A stretch of DNA of 64,000 bases from a virus (IMGVR_UViG_3300021318_000003:27496-91495); one strand, 5' to 3'. Positions 37,284 through 47,091 are shown, numbered from the stretch's first letter. Program-made: numbers and translations. The notes: generated from the sequence alone by a model not told the origin.

Positions 37284-38183
37284 TTATTCCAGACCGCCGA
37301 TGCTGACGATCGCTCCGCTGCCGGATACGGTCGGCAGCTCGCCGTCCCACTGCTCGTACTTGATCTTTTCGATCAGCTCCGACGTCAGCGACGCCGCGAT
37401 CTTACGGTTGGCGTCCGCCTCCGCCTCCGCCGCGATGCGAAGGACTTCCGCCTCGGCGTTTGCCTGAATGACTGCGGTTTCCGCCGCGACCTGCGCGACC
37501 TCCTTGTCCTTGTTCGCCTGCACCTTGGCGGTCTGCGCCTCGATGTTGGCAAGCTCAAGCTCCTGCTGCGCGTTGACCTTCTTCTGGATCGCCGCAGCGG
37601 TCTCCGGATCGACGTCGATGTTGGTGAAGTTCACGGTGTCGATCAGAATACCGTACTGGTCGAATTTCTTGCGCAGGTACTCGTCCAGATGCGCGTTGAT
37701 GTCCGTGCGCTTGTCACCGAAGATGTCGGTGACGGGATAGAGCGCCGTGATCTCCTGCGTCCACGCGGAGACCTTGGGCTTGATGAACGTATCCTTGATC
37801 GTCTCGCCGTTCTTGCCCTTGAAGGTGATGAACGTCTGCGCGACGCGCGGCTCGTCGAACCGATAGGAAAATTCCAGCTCGACCGTGACGCTCTTGCCGT
37901 CCGACGTGGGGCATTTGAAGCTCTCGTCCTTCTTGGAGTCGCCCTTTTCGCCGGAGACGAGGTAGGACTGCTCCAGTCCGATCGAGTAGGTCGTGACCTT
38001 CTTGGTCGGCGCGACCATGTGCCAGCCCTGCGACAGGATCTCGCCGTCCACGCCGCCATCCATGTTGTAGACCACGCCGACGTAGCCGGCGGGGATCTTC
38101 TTGACGCACATCAAGCACAGGATCAGCGCGACGACCATGCAGACGCCCAGCAGGATGCCTCCGATGTAACCGTTTTTCTTCAT
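37284..38183 (-). CDS. SPFH/band-7 (prohibitin-like) membrane protein
   Basis: N-terminal TM helix then an SPFH core, with an A/E-rich coiled-coil C-terminus. Confidence 0.8.
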   Translation of the reverse strand: MKKNGYIGGILLGVCMVVALILCLMCVKKIPAGYVGVVYNMDGGVDGEILSQGWHMVAPTKKVTTYSIGLEQSYLVSGEKGDSKKDESFKCPTSDGKSVTVELEFSYRFDEPRVAQTFITFKGKNGETIKDTFIKPKVSAWTQEITALYPVTDIFGDKRTDINAHLDEYLRKKFDQYGILIDTVNFTNIDVDPETAAAIQKKVNAQQELELANIEAQTAKVQANKDKEVAQVAAETAVIQANAEAEVLRIAAEAEADANRKIAASLTSELIEKIKYEQWDGELPTVSGSGAIVSIGGLE

Positions 38184-38374
38184 GTTTCTTCGTTCCTCTT
38201 TTCATCATTATTTTTTGCGCCCTCGCAGGACGCGGGATTCTCTTCTTCGGTCATGGCGCGCTTGGCGTCGCCGTAGAGCTTGTTTGCGAACTTGCCGAAC
38301 GGCTTGAAGCAGAACGAAAGGATGAACCAGAGCAGCACCAGACCAAGGATCAGCAGAATGTAGAATACCGGCAT
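38180..38374 (-). CDS. small membrane protein
   Basis: MPVFYILLILGLVLLWFILSFCF TM segment; 4-nt overlap with the SPFH gene. Confidence 0.4.
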   Translation of the reverse strand: MPVFYILLILGLVLLWFILSFCFKPFGKFANKLYGDAKRAMTEEENPASCEGAKNNDEKRNEET

Positions 38375-38386
38375 CCGATCGCCTCC

Positions 38387-38593
38387 TTACGTTTCATCCG
38401 GCGGCGGAGCTTTCTTCGTCCACTCGCGCCCGTCCGTCCACTTGAGCGTTCCATCCTTGTAGCGGACGAGATAGCGCATGTAGACGCTCGACGGATCGAC
38501 CTTGCGGATGACGCCGCGCCGCTTCATCTTGAAGTCATACACCTCATCGCCAACGGCGTGCGTCACGGGGATTTCCTTCTTCTTGCGTTCCAT
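38387..38593 (-). CDS. hypothetical protein
   Basis: 68-aa basic ORF preceded by a motif-A element. Confidence 0.4.
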   Translation of the reverse strand: MERKKKEIPVTHAVGDEVYDFKMKRRGVIRKVDPSSVYMRYLVRYKDGTLKWTDGREWTKKAPPPDET

Positions 38594-38619
38594 AAAAACC
38601 TCCTATATAAATTATTGTC
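38589..38619 (-). promoter_or_regulatory. motif-A element
   Basis: cctcctatataaattattgtcgcgcttatgg upstream of 38387..38593. Confidence 0.4.
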
Positions 38620-38666
38620 GCGCTTATGGAAGATTTGAAAGGCCGCAGCCTTCCAAATGTGCTGTT

Positions 38667-39593
38667 TCACTGAAACAGCTTCTTGTAATGCGTATAATCC
38701 GAAATCATGTTGCGGTACGCCTCGTCGTTTTTGAAAGCCGTTTCAAAGACGCGCTCCGCAAACGCTTTATCGCCGATGTCAAATTTGATGCTCTCGACCT
38801 CTTCCGCATACGCGCGGTTAAATACGCCGGACATGTGGATCACATCGTAGGTGAGGGAATACTGCCGATCCATCACCGCGTTGAAACGCTTGAAAAGCTG
38901 GTACATTTGCGAGACAGTAATTTGACTGCTCCGCTCCGTGCGGAAGAGATATTCAGACGCCTGGTAAGTGTGAAAGATGACGCCGCGCGCCTGCTGGGAG
39001 AATCCACGAGACTCCTTGTAGTCCAAGAGCTGATCCATAACAAAAATCGGCATCTTAACGAGCTTCCCATCCACCATAACGCCGTCTTCCAGAACATCCG
39101 CTTTCTTTACGGTGCAGATTTGCTCGATCGTCAGGCCAAACCACGCAAGATACGAAGCGCAGACATGAAGCTCGAACTTTGCGTCGTCGATCGGCTCATC
39201 CGTCCTGACCGTTTCCTCCATGCAGGAACGCAGATGCGCCAGATTGCGGAAATATACGACCTTCTCTATGGTGCTGCCGGCGATGTTCATATCGCCCATG
39301 CCGACCGACATCAGGATTCTTTCCTGCCCGTCAGAAAAGTTACCGCAAGCGATCTGATAGCGGACGTAACGTGCCAGCGCCATTCTGTACTGTGTAAAGC
39401 TGGACTTTTTGCGGATTTCCAATGCGCTGAGCAGGGAAACATAGTCCTCGCGCGTCATGTCTGCATCCAGTTTTCCGCCGTTTGCCTTGTCCCAAGCGCG
39501 AATGGCCTTTTCCTTTTGCAAAAAGGCGCTTTTTACCGAAGCAGCGCACGCGCTCAGCCCGTTTTCTTCATCCGTGAAAAACCGGTCGTTCAT
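38667..39593 (-). CDS. hypothetical protein (308 aa)
   Basis: no motif recognised; its C-terminal KFDIGDKA shares a short string with the Avd-like ORF. Confidence 0.5.
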   Translation of the reverse strand: MNDRFFTDEENGLSACAASVKSAFLQKEKAIRAWDKANGGKLDADMTREDYVSLLSALEIRKKSSFTQYRMALARYVRYQIACGNFSDGQERILMSVGMGDMNIAGSTIEKVVYFRNLAHLRSCMEETVRTDEPIDDAKFELHVCASYLAWFGLTIEQICTVKKADVLEDGVMVDGKLVKMPIFVMDQLLDYKESRGFSQQARGVIFHTYQASEYLFRTERSSQITVSQMYQLFKRFNAVMDRQYSLTYDVIHMSGVFNRAYAEEVESIKFDIGDKAFAERVFETAFKNDEAYRNMISDYTHYKKLFQ

Positions 39594-39695
39594 CTCGCAC
39601 CCTCCGATTCGCTCCTATTTCATCTGGTGAAGGAATGGTATCACAATCGTGCCGGAAAGTCAATAGCAAAACAGAAATTTATTTGGATTTTTCCG

Positions 39696-40157
39696 CTACC
39701 ACCGATTGACAACTGACTTGAGAACATCGCGACGCGCCTGCGTCATTTCCTCGATGTTATGGCGCAGGCGTCTCGGTTCCTCTGTGAGCTTCCTCCAAGC
39801 GTCATAACGCCCCTGCCAATAGCCGGCATAGTAATCCGTGAGCGCGCCGTGATCGAATGAGCTGCATCCGACTTTATAAAAGAGCTGATCTAACAGGGAA
39901 ACGATCTCGTCACTGTGCGCAATCAGGCTGAAATGCTCCACCTTTTCGCCGTAATCCAGCACGAGCATAACGTAGGATTCCATGCCGACGCCGACGTTTA
40001 TGTAGAGGTATTTCGCGTCCGGTTCCATAAACTGCGGAGGCAGCGCGCCGCAGTAAGGCAAATACAGCGCGTCGTTCCGCTCGCTTCTGAGCTTTACGCT
40101 GGACAGATCCAGCTCGAAGTCACCTAATCCCGTTGCGGGATCGCCGGGGAGTATCAA
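39696..40157 (-). CDS. hypothetical protein
   Basis: 153-aa ORF diverging from the repressor gene. Confidence 0.45.
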   Translation of the reverse strand: MILPGDPATGLGDFELDLSSVKLRSERNDALYLPYCGALPPQFMEPDAKYLYINVGVGMESYVMLVLDYGEKVEHFSLIAHSDEIVSLLDQLFYKVGCSSFDHGALTDYYAGYWQGRYDAWRKLTEEPRRLRHNIEEMTQARRDVLKSVVNRW

Positions 40158-40194
40158 TACGACCGCCTCCTATTATTATTTATGGGAAATGCCT

Positions 40195-40223
40195 TGACAG
40201 TAACGAATCCAAGTGGTATGATT
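40195..40223 (+). promoter_or_regulatory. sigma-A-type promoter for the XRE repressor gene
   Basis: TTGACA-N17-TATGAT, consensus spacing, about 105 nt upstream of the ATG. Confidence 0.6.
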
Positions 40224-40233
40224 GCGGTACACC

Positions 40234-40249
40234 ACGAAAGAAATCGTAC
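40234..40249. promoter_or_regulatory. operator-like dyad O1
   Basis: CACGAAAGAAATCGTA is an imperfect inverted repeat just after the -10. Confidence 0.45.
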
Positions 40250-40298
40250 CATCCGAGGCATAATATACCAGACTAATTTCGTTATGTCAATACCATTT

Positions 40299-40314
40299 CA
40301 CGAAAAAAATCGTG
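40299..40314. promoter_or_regulatory. operator-like dyad O2
   Basis: CACGAAAAAAATCGTG is a perfect 5-bp-arm inverted repeat about 17 nt before the ATG. Confidence 0.45.
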
Positions 40315-40330
40315 GAACGGAGGATTTTTT

Positions 40331-40906
40331 ATGGACTCCATCATCTACACCCGCACAAAAGAGCTGTGCGACGAGCGCGGCATTTCCATCACGAAGCTGG
40401 AATCCGAGCTTGGTTTGGGACAGTATTCCATCGGGAACCTCAAAAACTCTTCCAATCCAACTATCAAGACCGCCGTGCGCATCGCGGCGCACTTCGGTGT
40501 TTCCGTCGACTACCTAATCGGCGCTTCCGACATCCGCACCAAAGCAGACGACCTTGTGCAGGACAGCGATTTCGTCTCCATCCAGCGCGCCCGCGAGCGC
40601 ATGACGGACATTGACCGCGACCGCATGATGGCGATGCTGCAGGTCGCTTTTGACAAAGCGTTTGAAGATAAGACCACAAGCATAGAGCGGTTTATCCACA
40701 GCAGAAACGCAGACATCCTCGCAACCGGTTTGGCAGCCGTAGCAACCGGAGTGGCAGCAGGCGGCGCTATGGTCGCCGCGACGAATCCTGTGACGGCTCC
40801 GCTTACCGTTCCGCTTGCTGGAGTCGCCGCCGCAAGCGCCGGCGTGATGATGTCGAAGGACGAAAAGGACAAGAAACGCAAGACACCAAGATCGAAAAAG
40901 GAGTAA
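40331..40906 (+). CDS. XRE-family HTH repressor with hydrophobic C-terminal region
   Basis: TKELCDERGISITKLESELGLGQYSIGNLKN..TIKTAVRIAAHFGVSVDYLIG is a Cro/CI-type HTH; A/G/V-rich C-terminus. Confidence 0.75.
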   Translation: MDSIIYTRTKELCDERGISITKLESELGLGQYSIGNLKNSSNPTIKTAVRIAAHFGVSVDYLIGASDIRTKADDLVQDSDFVSIQRARERMTDIDRDRMMAMLQVAFDKAFEDKTTSIERFIHSRNADILATGLAAVATGVAAGGAMVAATNPVTAPLTVPLAGVAAASAGVMMSKDEKDKKRKTPRSKKE

Positions 40907-40907
40907 C

Positions 40908-41618
40908 ATGATCCGCTACGCGAGAATCCACAACGAGGTTTTGAAAATTTATCGCGACATGGCTCAACTGACGTTTCCAATCGAACCGGAAGCGGCGCTT
41001 GTGCGGCATCCGAACTGCAAGATGATGACATACCGCGAGTTTTCCATACTCAACGACTGCTCCGTTAAGGAGACCATGCGGCTGTGCGGCAGCAAGGATG
41101 GCAGCACGCACTTCGACGTTCTGCGCGGGCGATACCTTATCCTCTGGAACGACGATCCGTCCGATAATAATGTACCAGGCCGGCAGCGATGGACGAAAGC
41201 GCATGAGCTTGGTCATGTTCTACTCGGACATCTGAGCGATGAGGCCAAGGAACGAGGGAATAGCGATGGATTTTTCCACCGGTTCCACCGCGAAGCAGAG
41301 GATGAAGCGGATCTGTTTGCCTCATTGCTGCTCTGCCCGTGGGCGCTGTTCCGTCAGCTCTGCATCCATTCTCCGGCGGACATTATGAACGTGTTTGGGC
41401 TTTCCGTCGAGGCTTCCAACATCCGCTGGGAAGATTACAAGCGATGGGAGTTTTCCAAACGGCACGAAAAAGAATTACAATGGGAAAGCAATATGCAGGG
41501 CTTGTACGCACTGCGCAAGCGTTCCGGAAGGTTGCGGCACCCGCCGTTCCGGTACAACGGAAAAATCTACTCAGGAATTTTGATATGGCCGGACAAGGTT
41601 TCAGGCGACTCCACATAG
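40908..41618 (+). CDS. ImmA/IrrE-family metallopeptidase (anti-repressor protease)
   Basis: HELGHVLLGH is an HEXXH motif; immediately downstream of the XRE gene, the classical ImmR/ImmA pairing. Confidence 0.8.
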   Translation: MIRYARIHNEVLKIYRDMAQLTFPIEPEAALVRHPNCKMMTYREFSILNDCSVKETMRLCGSKDGSTHFDVLRGRYLILWNDDPSDNNVPGRQRWTKAHELGHVLLGHLSDEAKERGNSDGFFHRFHREAEDEADLFASLLLCPWALFRQLCIHSPADIMNVFGLSVEASNIRWEDYKRWEFSKRHEKELQWESNMQGLYALRKRSGRLRHPPFRYNGKIYSGILIWPDKVSGDST

Positions 41619-41632
41619 GAGCCGCCTATTTT

Positions 41633-42094
41633 TTACGGCTTCTTTCTGTCTCCGTCCATCAGTGCCTCCAAAACGCGGCGATAGCACCACATGTTCGGAC
41701 AGTAGCGTCCGCTTTTGAAAATCTGCTCGTCCGTTCCGTTGAAGAACTTGAGGATCGCGGCCGCTACGCCGGACGAACGGGAAATACCAGCGTCGCAGTG
41801 AACGATAACGTCCACATCAGTATTTGCCTTGAGGAAATCGCGGATCGAAGCGGCGTCCTCTTGCGTCATCAGATCTGATTCGTCCACTCTCCGACCGTAA
41901 ACGTCCAGTCCCGGACGATCCGCGTCGTGGAAGCTGAGGCGTAGGATGCTCCGCACGCGATTATGCGGTGAGGCAAACGGAGCAGTCTCGTAATCCATGC
42001 ACGGATCTGAAATGGAAATCATCACTGCGTTCCGATCATGCGGCTGATAGCAATATCGTACGGCGTCGCGCCTCGACATGACGGTTACATTCAT
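41633..42094 (-). CDS. protein tyrosine/dual-specificity phosphatase
   Basis: VHCDAGISRSSGV is the CX5R(S) P-loop. Confidence 0.7.
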   Translation of the reverse strand: MNVTVMSRRDAVRYCYQPHDRNAVMISISDPCMDYETAPFASPHNRVRSILRLSFHDADRPGLDVYGRRVDESDLMTQEDAASIRDFLKANTDVDVIVHCDAGISRSSGVAAAILKFFNGTDEQIFKSGRYCPNMWCYRRVLEALMDGDRKKP

Positions 42095-42107
42095 TTCGCT
42101 CCGCCTC

Positions 42108-42455
42108 CTAATAAACGCGATAGTCGATGTTGACGTTCTTGGGATTGATTTGTTCCACTATGCTGCGATACTTCTCCATGATCGCCTCGTTGATCTGTTC
42201 CTGCGTGCAGTATTCCACAAATTTAGACTGAACGTACTTCGGACGATCGGGATACGGCGTGCTCCGATAGGAATATGAATCCCTAATCTCGCTTGCAAGA
42301 CTGCGAGCCTTGCGTTTACCGCGCGGCGTGATGAGAACATCGCGGACATTGTACCACGTCCTGTTCCCATATTCGTCGTAGTGGAACTCCACGACGATTG
42401 TTACGCGGTCGCCATTTTCTGTGACATATTTCATGCGATACCTCCTTATTACCAC
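42108..42455 (-). CDS. hypothetical protein
   Basis: 115-aa ORF. Confidence 0.45.
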   Translation of the reverse strand: MVIRRYRMKYVTENGDRVTIVVEFHYDEYGNRTWYNVRDVLITPRGKRKARSLASEIRDSYSYRSTPYPDRPKYVQSKFVEYCTQEQINEAIMEKYRSIVEQINPKNVNIDYRVY

Positions 42456-42955
42456 CGGCAGGGAAGAAGCAACGCGACGACGGACGGATCAATGCAGCCC
42501 GTCTTCGGATAGACCAGAAGAGATGCGAACTGTTCCGAAAACGGCTTGGCATATCCGAGGTAGGCAAGACACCCCGTTCCGCAGGCTTCCAGCACGTTGA
42601 CCAAAAGGCGGACGTCAAAGACGCTGGAAACTGCTCCGCTTCCGTCACTCTTCTTCGCCGTCAGCTTGATCCGTCCCGGCATTTTCCGCAGCTCGGACAC
42701 GTTTGGCATGTTTTCCACGAGGTAGAATTTTCCATCGTCTTCTGACTTGCGCAGAAGCTCGTCGAAGGTGTCTTCGCGCGGCGCTTCCGACAATCCATCC
42801 GGCTTGCTCCGCAGGGCGATGAGCGAGTAGCCGTCCGTGATGATGTAACGCTCGCCGGACGGATGCGCGCCGACGATTGCGTGCGGGCGCTGCTTCGTTT
42901 CGCCCTCCATGATGCGTTCCATCGCGGCAAGCTGTTTCTTCGTGAGCTTTTCCAT
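42449..42955 (-). CDS. hypothetical protein
   Basis: start at MEKLTKKQ; the upstream part of the track ORF starts at TTG and overlaps its neighbour. Confidence 0.4.
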   Translation of the reverse strand: MEKLTKKQLAAMERIMEGETKQRPHAIVGAHPSGERYIITDGYSLIALRSKPDGLSEAPREDTFDELLRKSEDDGKFYLVENMPNVSELRKMPGRIKLTAKKSDGSGAVSSVFDVRLLVNVLEACGTGCLAYLGYAKPFSEQFASLLVYPKTGCIDPSVVALLLPCRW

Positions 42956-43085
42956 GATGGCCTCCTTATCTGCGGACGACGCGGCGCGCGTATTCATCCG
43001 CAGCTCTCCGCTGGCAGTTTTCGATGCAAAGTTGAATGATGAGGTACAAACATCCAGCCAAAACAAGCATTTCCAAAATCCTCCT

Positions 43086-43403
43086 TCAGCACATAAACTC
43101 TGCCATGAAGTTTTCAAAGTCGGACGCGAAGCAGATTCCGCTTCCGTCCTCCGGCGCGATGCCGGTGTTCTTGACGCGAGTGAGAAGGTTGTCGTAGATC
43201 ATGGTGTCGACCTCCACGCCGAAGTGCAGGCACAGCGCCGTCCAGAGTGCGCGAAGCTGCTGCTTGAAGTCCTCATCGTTCCATTCGTCGCGGTGCGAGA
43301 GGGCGAAGAAGAGGAGAAATTCCATCTCCGCGTCCTGGCTCAGCTCCTCCGCGCGGCGTTCCAGCTCCTCGCGAAGCTGCTCGCTGTCCATGTTGAAATC
43401 CAT
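43086..43403 (-). CDS. hypothetical acidic protein
   Basis: start at MDFNMDSEQL; the R-rich N-terminal extension in the track is overlap with the upstream gene. Confidence 0.4.
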   Translation of the reverse strand: MDFNMDSEQLREELERRAEELSQDAEMEFLLFFALSHRDEWNDEDFKQQLRALWTALCLHFGVEVDTMIYDNLLTRVKNTGIAPEDGSGICFASDFENFMAEFMC

Positions 43404-43416
43404 ATCGTTACTCCTT

Positions 43417-44361
43417 TCAGTTCTCGTAAATCGTTTTCTTGCCGTAGGTGATCTTCGTGATCTCCGCCGTAGACAGGCGGGAGAAGCAGTTGAAGTCCGC
43501 GCCGAAAAGCTCCTTGAAGAGGCGGTCGCCGGCGACGCCCGTGACGAAATCCGATGCGTGTACCCTGTCGCTTTCCACGATGATGCGGATGAGGTGCGCG
43601 CGTTCCATCTTCTCCGCCGCGCGCTTGCCGTCGTGGGCGAACTCGACGAGAAGGTTGACCGCATCCGTTGTGATCAGCGCGGTGCTCAATGCGCGCTCGT
43701 AATCCTCCACCAACGTCGGCTTGTCGATCAGAGCCTCCGTCGCAAGGCGCTGGCGCTTGAGGTAGGCAAAGTATTTCTCGGTATCTTCCTTGTGCAGGTA
43801 GGCATCCACCACGTCCTCCGCCGTCGTGAAGCCGCAGAGCACGGTAACGAAATCATCCATCGTCAGGACGACCTCGGCGATCTCCGGCTCCTCATACGGC
43901 GTTCCGAACAACACGAAGCTGCGGGCGGCGCGGTGGCAGCGGATCTCGTCCGTTTCCTTGACGTCCGCCGGCGCGAGAGTTTCCAGCCAAGCGGGAAAGA
44001 GCTTGTCGATCGCGGACTGCTCCATCTCGGCACGAGCATCATCCGCAAAGACCAGATGGTCGGGAATGTCGTGGTCTCCGCCGAGGTAGGGGACGTTGAA
44101 GAGATACTTGTCGAAAAGGTAGACCGTTCCGTCCGCGACGACAGCCTTGAGGCGCAGACCGTCGTAGAAGTGCGGCACCTCGCCCTCCGCGCAGAGAGCG
44201 TAGTCGCCATAGATGAGGCGCGCCGCGCCAAGCGTAAGCTGCGTAAAGAACCAGCGACGACCCTCTCCGATGGGGCTGTTGTCGATGATGAACGAGCCGG
44301 TCGTGTCGTTCGCGAGCGCCTGCGTGACGAAATTTTCCATGATGCTGTTCATAGCTTCCAT
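43417..44361 (-). CDS. hypothetical protein (314 aa)
   Basis: long ORF; no motif recognised. Confidence 0.5.
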   Translation of the reverse strand: MEAMNSIMENFVTQALANDTTGSFIIDNSPIGEGRRWFFTQLTLGAARLIYGDYALCAEGEVPHFYDGLRLKAVVADGTVYLFDKYLFNVPYLGGDHDIPDHLVFADDARAEMEQSAIDKLFPAWLETLAPADVKETDEIRCHRAARSFVLFGTPYEEPEIAEVVLTMDDFVTVLCGFTTAEDVVDAYLHKEDTEKYFAYLKRQRLATEALIDKPTLVEDYERALSTALITTDAVNLLVEFAHDGKRAAEKMERAHLIRIIVESDRVHASDFVTGVAGDRLFKELFGADFNCFSRLSTAEITKITYGKKTIYEN

Positions 44362-44370
44362 TCTCCTTTC

Positions 44371-45213
44371 TTAATTGAAGCGGTCGGTGTGTTCCGTCAG
44401 GTACATGGCAAAATCGTACTCGGTTTTGCTAACCTTGTAAGACTCACTATTTTTGTTCATGCGGTATTCCGTGCGCGGTTTGCTCTCCTTGATGTCCCAG
44501 CGGCTTCCGTAAAAAGTCGTCACGTTGTCCTTCTTCGTCGGCACATAACCGGACTTGACGAGCGAGATAATGAAGTCGCGCGTGGTCTGGATTCCAAACT
44601 CACCGGTGCGGACGAGCTTTTCCATCGTCTTGCTGAGCCTGCCAAACTGCATCGGCGTCATATCGTCCGCAAAGCCAAGGTACTTCGCGCGCTCGCGAGC
44701 GTCCTCCTCCGCAGCCTGACGCTCGCGTTCCGCCTCCTCCGCGCGGCGCTGTTCCTCGCGGGCGCGGCGCTCTTCTTCTTTGCGCTCGTACCAGTCGGCG
44801 CGGTACTTTTCGTAGACGGCGGCGCGCTCGGCGTTCCACTGGCGAACGAACTCGATGATGGCGTTGCCGATGAACTGCTTGCGTTCCATCGCCTGATCCG
44901 AAGAGGCGACAAACGCCTCGCGGGACTGCAAGCCGACGTTCACGACCGCTTTCGCGTAATACTCATCGGTCATGTGGTCGCGGAAAATCGTGTGATTTTC
45001 CACCTTCATGCCGTCCGGCACGCCGTCGAAGAAGACGAAAAGATCAAACTCACGCTCGCCGTAGCCATTGGTTCCGCAATCCGAAGCAAAAAGCGTTTCC
45101 GTGATGGGGAATACGTCGTGGTAGTGGCGGACGATATTGTTTCCGCTCGTGCCGTACTCGATCGCGCGGCGCTTGACGGTCTGCTGCCGGGATAATTCCA
45201 GAAGTGTTTTCAT
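44371..45213 (-). CDS. hypothetical protein with R/E-rich coiled coil
   Basis: 280 aa; central EERRAREEQRRAEEAERERQAAEE. Confidence 0.5.
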   Translation of the reverse strand: MKTLLELSRQQTVKRRAIEYGTSGNNIVRHYHDVFPITETLFASDCGTNGYGEREFDLFVFFDGVPDGMKVENHTIFRDHMTDEYYAKAVVNVGLQSREAFVASSDQAMERKQFIGNAIIEFVRQWNAERAAVYEKYRADWYERKEEERRAREEQRRAEEAERERQAAEEDARERAKYLGFADDMTPMQFGRLSKTMEKLVRTGEFGIQTTRDFIISLVKSGYVPTKKDNVTTFYGSRWDIKESKPRTEYRMNKNSESYKVSKTEYDFAMYLTEHTDRFN

Positions 45214-45614
45214 TTTGTTTCTCCTTCCTTGTTGTACGGATAGACCAGACGCCAGAGATTTTCCACCTCATCGCGCGTCAGACGGTAGCGTTCGCCCTTC
45301 GGCGCGCGGTCGGTTGTGCCGTCCGATTCGAGGCTCAGCCACGCCTCCACGAAGTTTCCGTTTCCGTCGAACCGTTCACAGTAACGGAGCGAACGGATGC
45401 ACGGGTGCAGGTTTTCCAGTGTCGGATAGCCGAGTGCGAGATAACCGAAAATCTTGGAGTACACCTCGCGCAGGTACTCATCCGTCAGCGCGTGACCGGA
45501 AAGCATCATGGCGGTCATCTGGCGGAGTGTGAAGGCGTTCGGGTGGTTGCTCGCTTCCATCATGTGCGAGAGCACGCGGCGGTCGGTCGCTCGTTTCTTC
45601 TCCAGCTTTGTCAT
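45210..45614 (-). CDS. hypothetical protein
   Basis: 134 aa; first gene behind motif-B promoter 1. Confidence 0.45.
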   Translation of the reverse strand: MTKLEKKRATDRRVLSHMMEASNHPNAFTLRQMTAMMLSGHALTDEYLREVYSKIFGYLALGYPTLENLHPCIRSLRYCERFDGNGNFVEAWLSLESDGTTDRAPKGERYRLTRDEVENLWRLVYPYNKEGETK

Positions 45615-45625
45615 GGCTTTCGCCT

Positions 45626-45659
45626 CCTTCCTCTCTTATTACAGAAAAAATCCACCTGC
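45626..45659 (-). promoter_or_regulatory. motif-B promoter 1 (GGTTAGCA-N17-TGTAAT)
   Basis: plus strand reads attaca-N17-gctaacc; upstream of 45210..45614. Confidence 0.5.
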
Positions 45660-45671
45660 TGCTAACCGCGA

Positions 45672-45989
45672 TCAAAAATTTTCCTCTTTGATCTCCAAAA
45701 CGCCGGTCGGCTTCCGGTCTCGCAGCTCGCCCTCGAAGTATCTCATGCACTCGCCGAGAATGACGCCGCGCTGAAAAGCGTTGAGGGAGTCGAGGTCGAT
45801 TTTCTCTCCGGTTCCATCCGTCAGCTCGCAGCGGTCTGGGATGGTATCGCCCTCCGCGCGAGAGAAGATCGCGTAGGTCGCGCGGAAGCCCCGCGTGCCG
45901 GAAAACATCGCCTTCGCCTGCTCCGGCGGCAATTTGTAAAGCCTTTGGAAATAGGCATGGTCGTCGATGATAAAGGTGACTTTTCTCAT
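45672..45989 (-). CDS. hypothetical protein
   Basis: start at MRKVTFII; last gene of a four-gene unit. Confidence 0.4.
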   Translation of the reverse strand: MRKVTFIIDDHAYFQRLYKLPPEQAKAMFSGTRGFRATYAIFSRAEGDTIPDRCELTDGTGEKIDLDSLNAFQRGVILGECMRYFEGELRDRKPTGVLEIKEENF

Positions 45990-46519
45990 TCCACGCCCAT
46001 CTCCTTCGCGAAGTTCTCGATCTGTTCCGCCGTCAACCATTCCGGTTTCTCCGGCAAAAGCGCGTAGACGGCGCGCATCAGCTCGATCTGCTCACGCTCA
46101 TCATGCGTCCACAGGTGCGGCGCGTAACGGCCTCCGTTGCCGAGGTAGTAGAGGCAATCCGACTTGAGGCGGTCGAGGAACATATAGTAGAAGCGATCGT
46201 CGTGGCCGCATAGATTGTATTTTCTCAGCGCGGCAAGCGTTTTCTGACAGGGGATGACCAGCTCCTCGTAGTGGCGGCGCGCGATCTCGACCTTATCCTC
46301 GCCGAATCCGTCGTAATTGACCAGGCACTCGTTTTTCAGCACGCGCGTCCAGTCGGCGCGACCACCGAAGCCCATTGCCTCCGCAACAACGGCAGTTGCA
46401 AAGCGAAGAACGAGGTCGGCGCTCTCCTTGCCGTTCTCGTGCATCAACCGCAGGTTTTCCAGCGCGGCGAGCACCTCCAAATCCTTCATCAGTCTCATGG
46501 CGTCACTCCTTTCCTTCAT
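45986..46519 (-). CDS. hypothetical protein
   Basis: 177-aa ORF. Confidence 0.45.
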   Translation of the reverse strand: MKERSDAMRLMKDLEVLAALENLRLMHENGKESADLVLRFATAVVAEAMGFGGRADWTRVLKNECLVNYDGFGEDKVEIARRHYEELVIPCQKTLAALRKYNLCGHDDRFYYMFLDRLKSDCLYYLGNGGRYAPHLWTHDEREQIELMRAVYALLPEKPEWLTAEQIENFAKEMGVE

Positions 46520-46793
46520 AACGAAACGCGAACGGCACGCCGACGCGATACGGATAAAGACAAAACCAGTCGTCGCCGGAAATGTTCAGCGCGTGCTTGC
46601 TACCATCCTTGCGGATGACGACTCGTGGGGATTTCTGAAAGAGACCGTCAAGCTGCGGTGCGTTGAATTTGCAGGCGTTTTCCACCAGCGTAATGATGAA
46701 CGACGCGCTCGTCTCCTTCATTCTGACGCGGACGTAGCCACCGAAGATGCCGCCCTCGTCGCTCTCCCATTTGTAGGTTCCAGATTTCAACAT
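46503..46793 (-). CDS. hypothetical protein
   Basis: 96-aa ORF. Confidence 0.4.
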   Translation of the reverse strand: MLKSGTYKWESDEGGIFGGYVRVRMKETSASFIITLVENACKFNAPQLDGLFQKSPRVVIRKDGSKHALNISGDDWFCLYPYRVGVPFAFRYEGKE

Positions 46794-47026
46794 GGTGCGT
46801 CCTCCTTTATCTCTTTGAAATAAAACCCCTGAACCTTCAGCGAGTAATTCTTATCGTTGGCTACGGCAAAACGCTTTTCCACACCTCGCTTCGTCCGATA
46901 GCTAAAAACGTCGCCGTCTCTTTTGATCGTTTCCGGGTTTTGCTTTTTCCAGTCCCGCACATAACAGGTGAAAGCGTACAACCTGTTCTTCTCGGTCAAT
47001 GACTCATAATTCACAAGCATAGGCAA
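46787..47026 (-). CDS. hypothetical protein
   Basis: 79-aa ORF directly behind promoter 2. Confidence 0.4.
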   Translation of the reverse strand: MPMLVNYESLTEKNRLYAFTCYVRDWKKQNPETIKRDGDVFSYRTKRGVEKRFAVANDKNYSLKVQGFYFKEIKEDAPC

Positions 47027-47041
47027 GCCCTCCTTCTGCTC

Positions 47042-47075
47042 TTATTACAGAAAAAAGAGCGCCGGTGCTAACCGA
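47042..47075 (-). promoter_or_regulatory. motif-B promoter 2
   Basis: attaca-N17-gctaacc; the -35 region is locally palindromic (cggtgctaaccg). Confidence 0.5.
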
Positions 47076-47091
47076 CGCTCAAAATTTTCCA

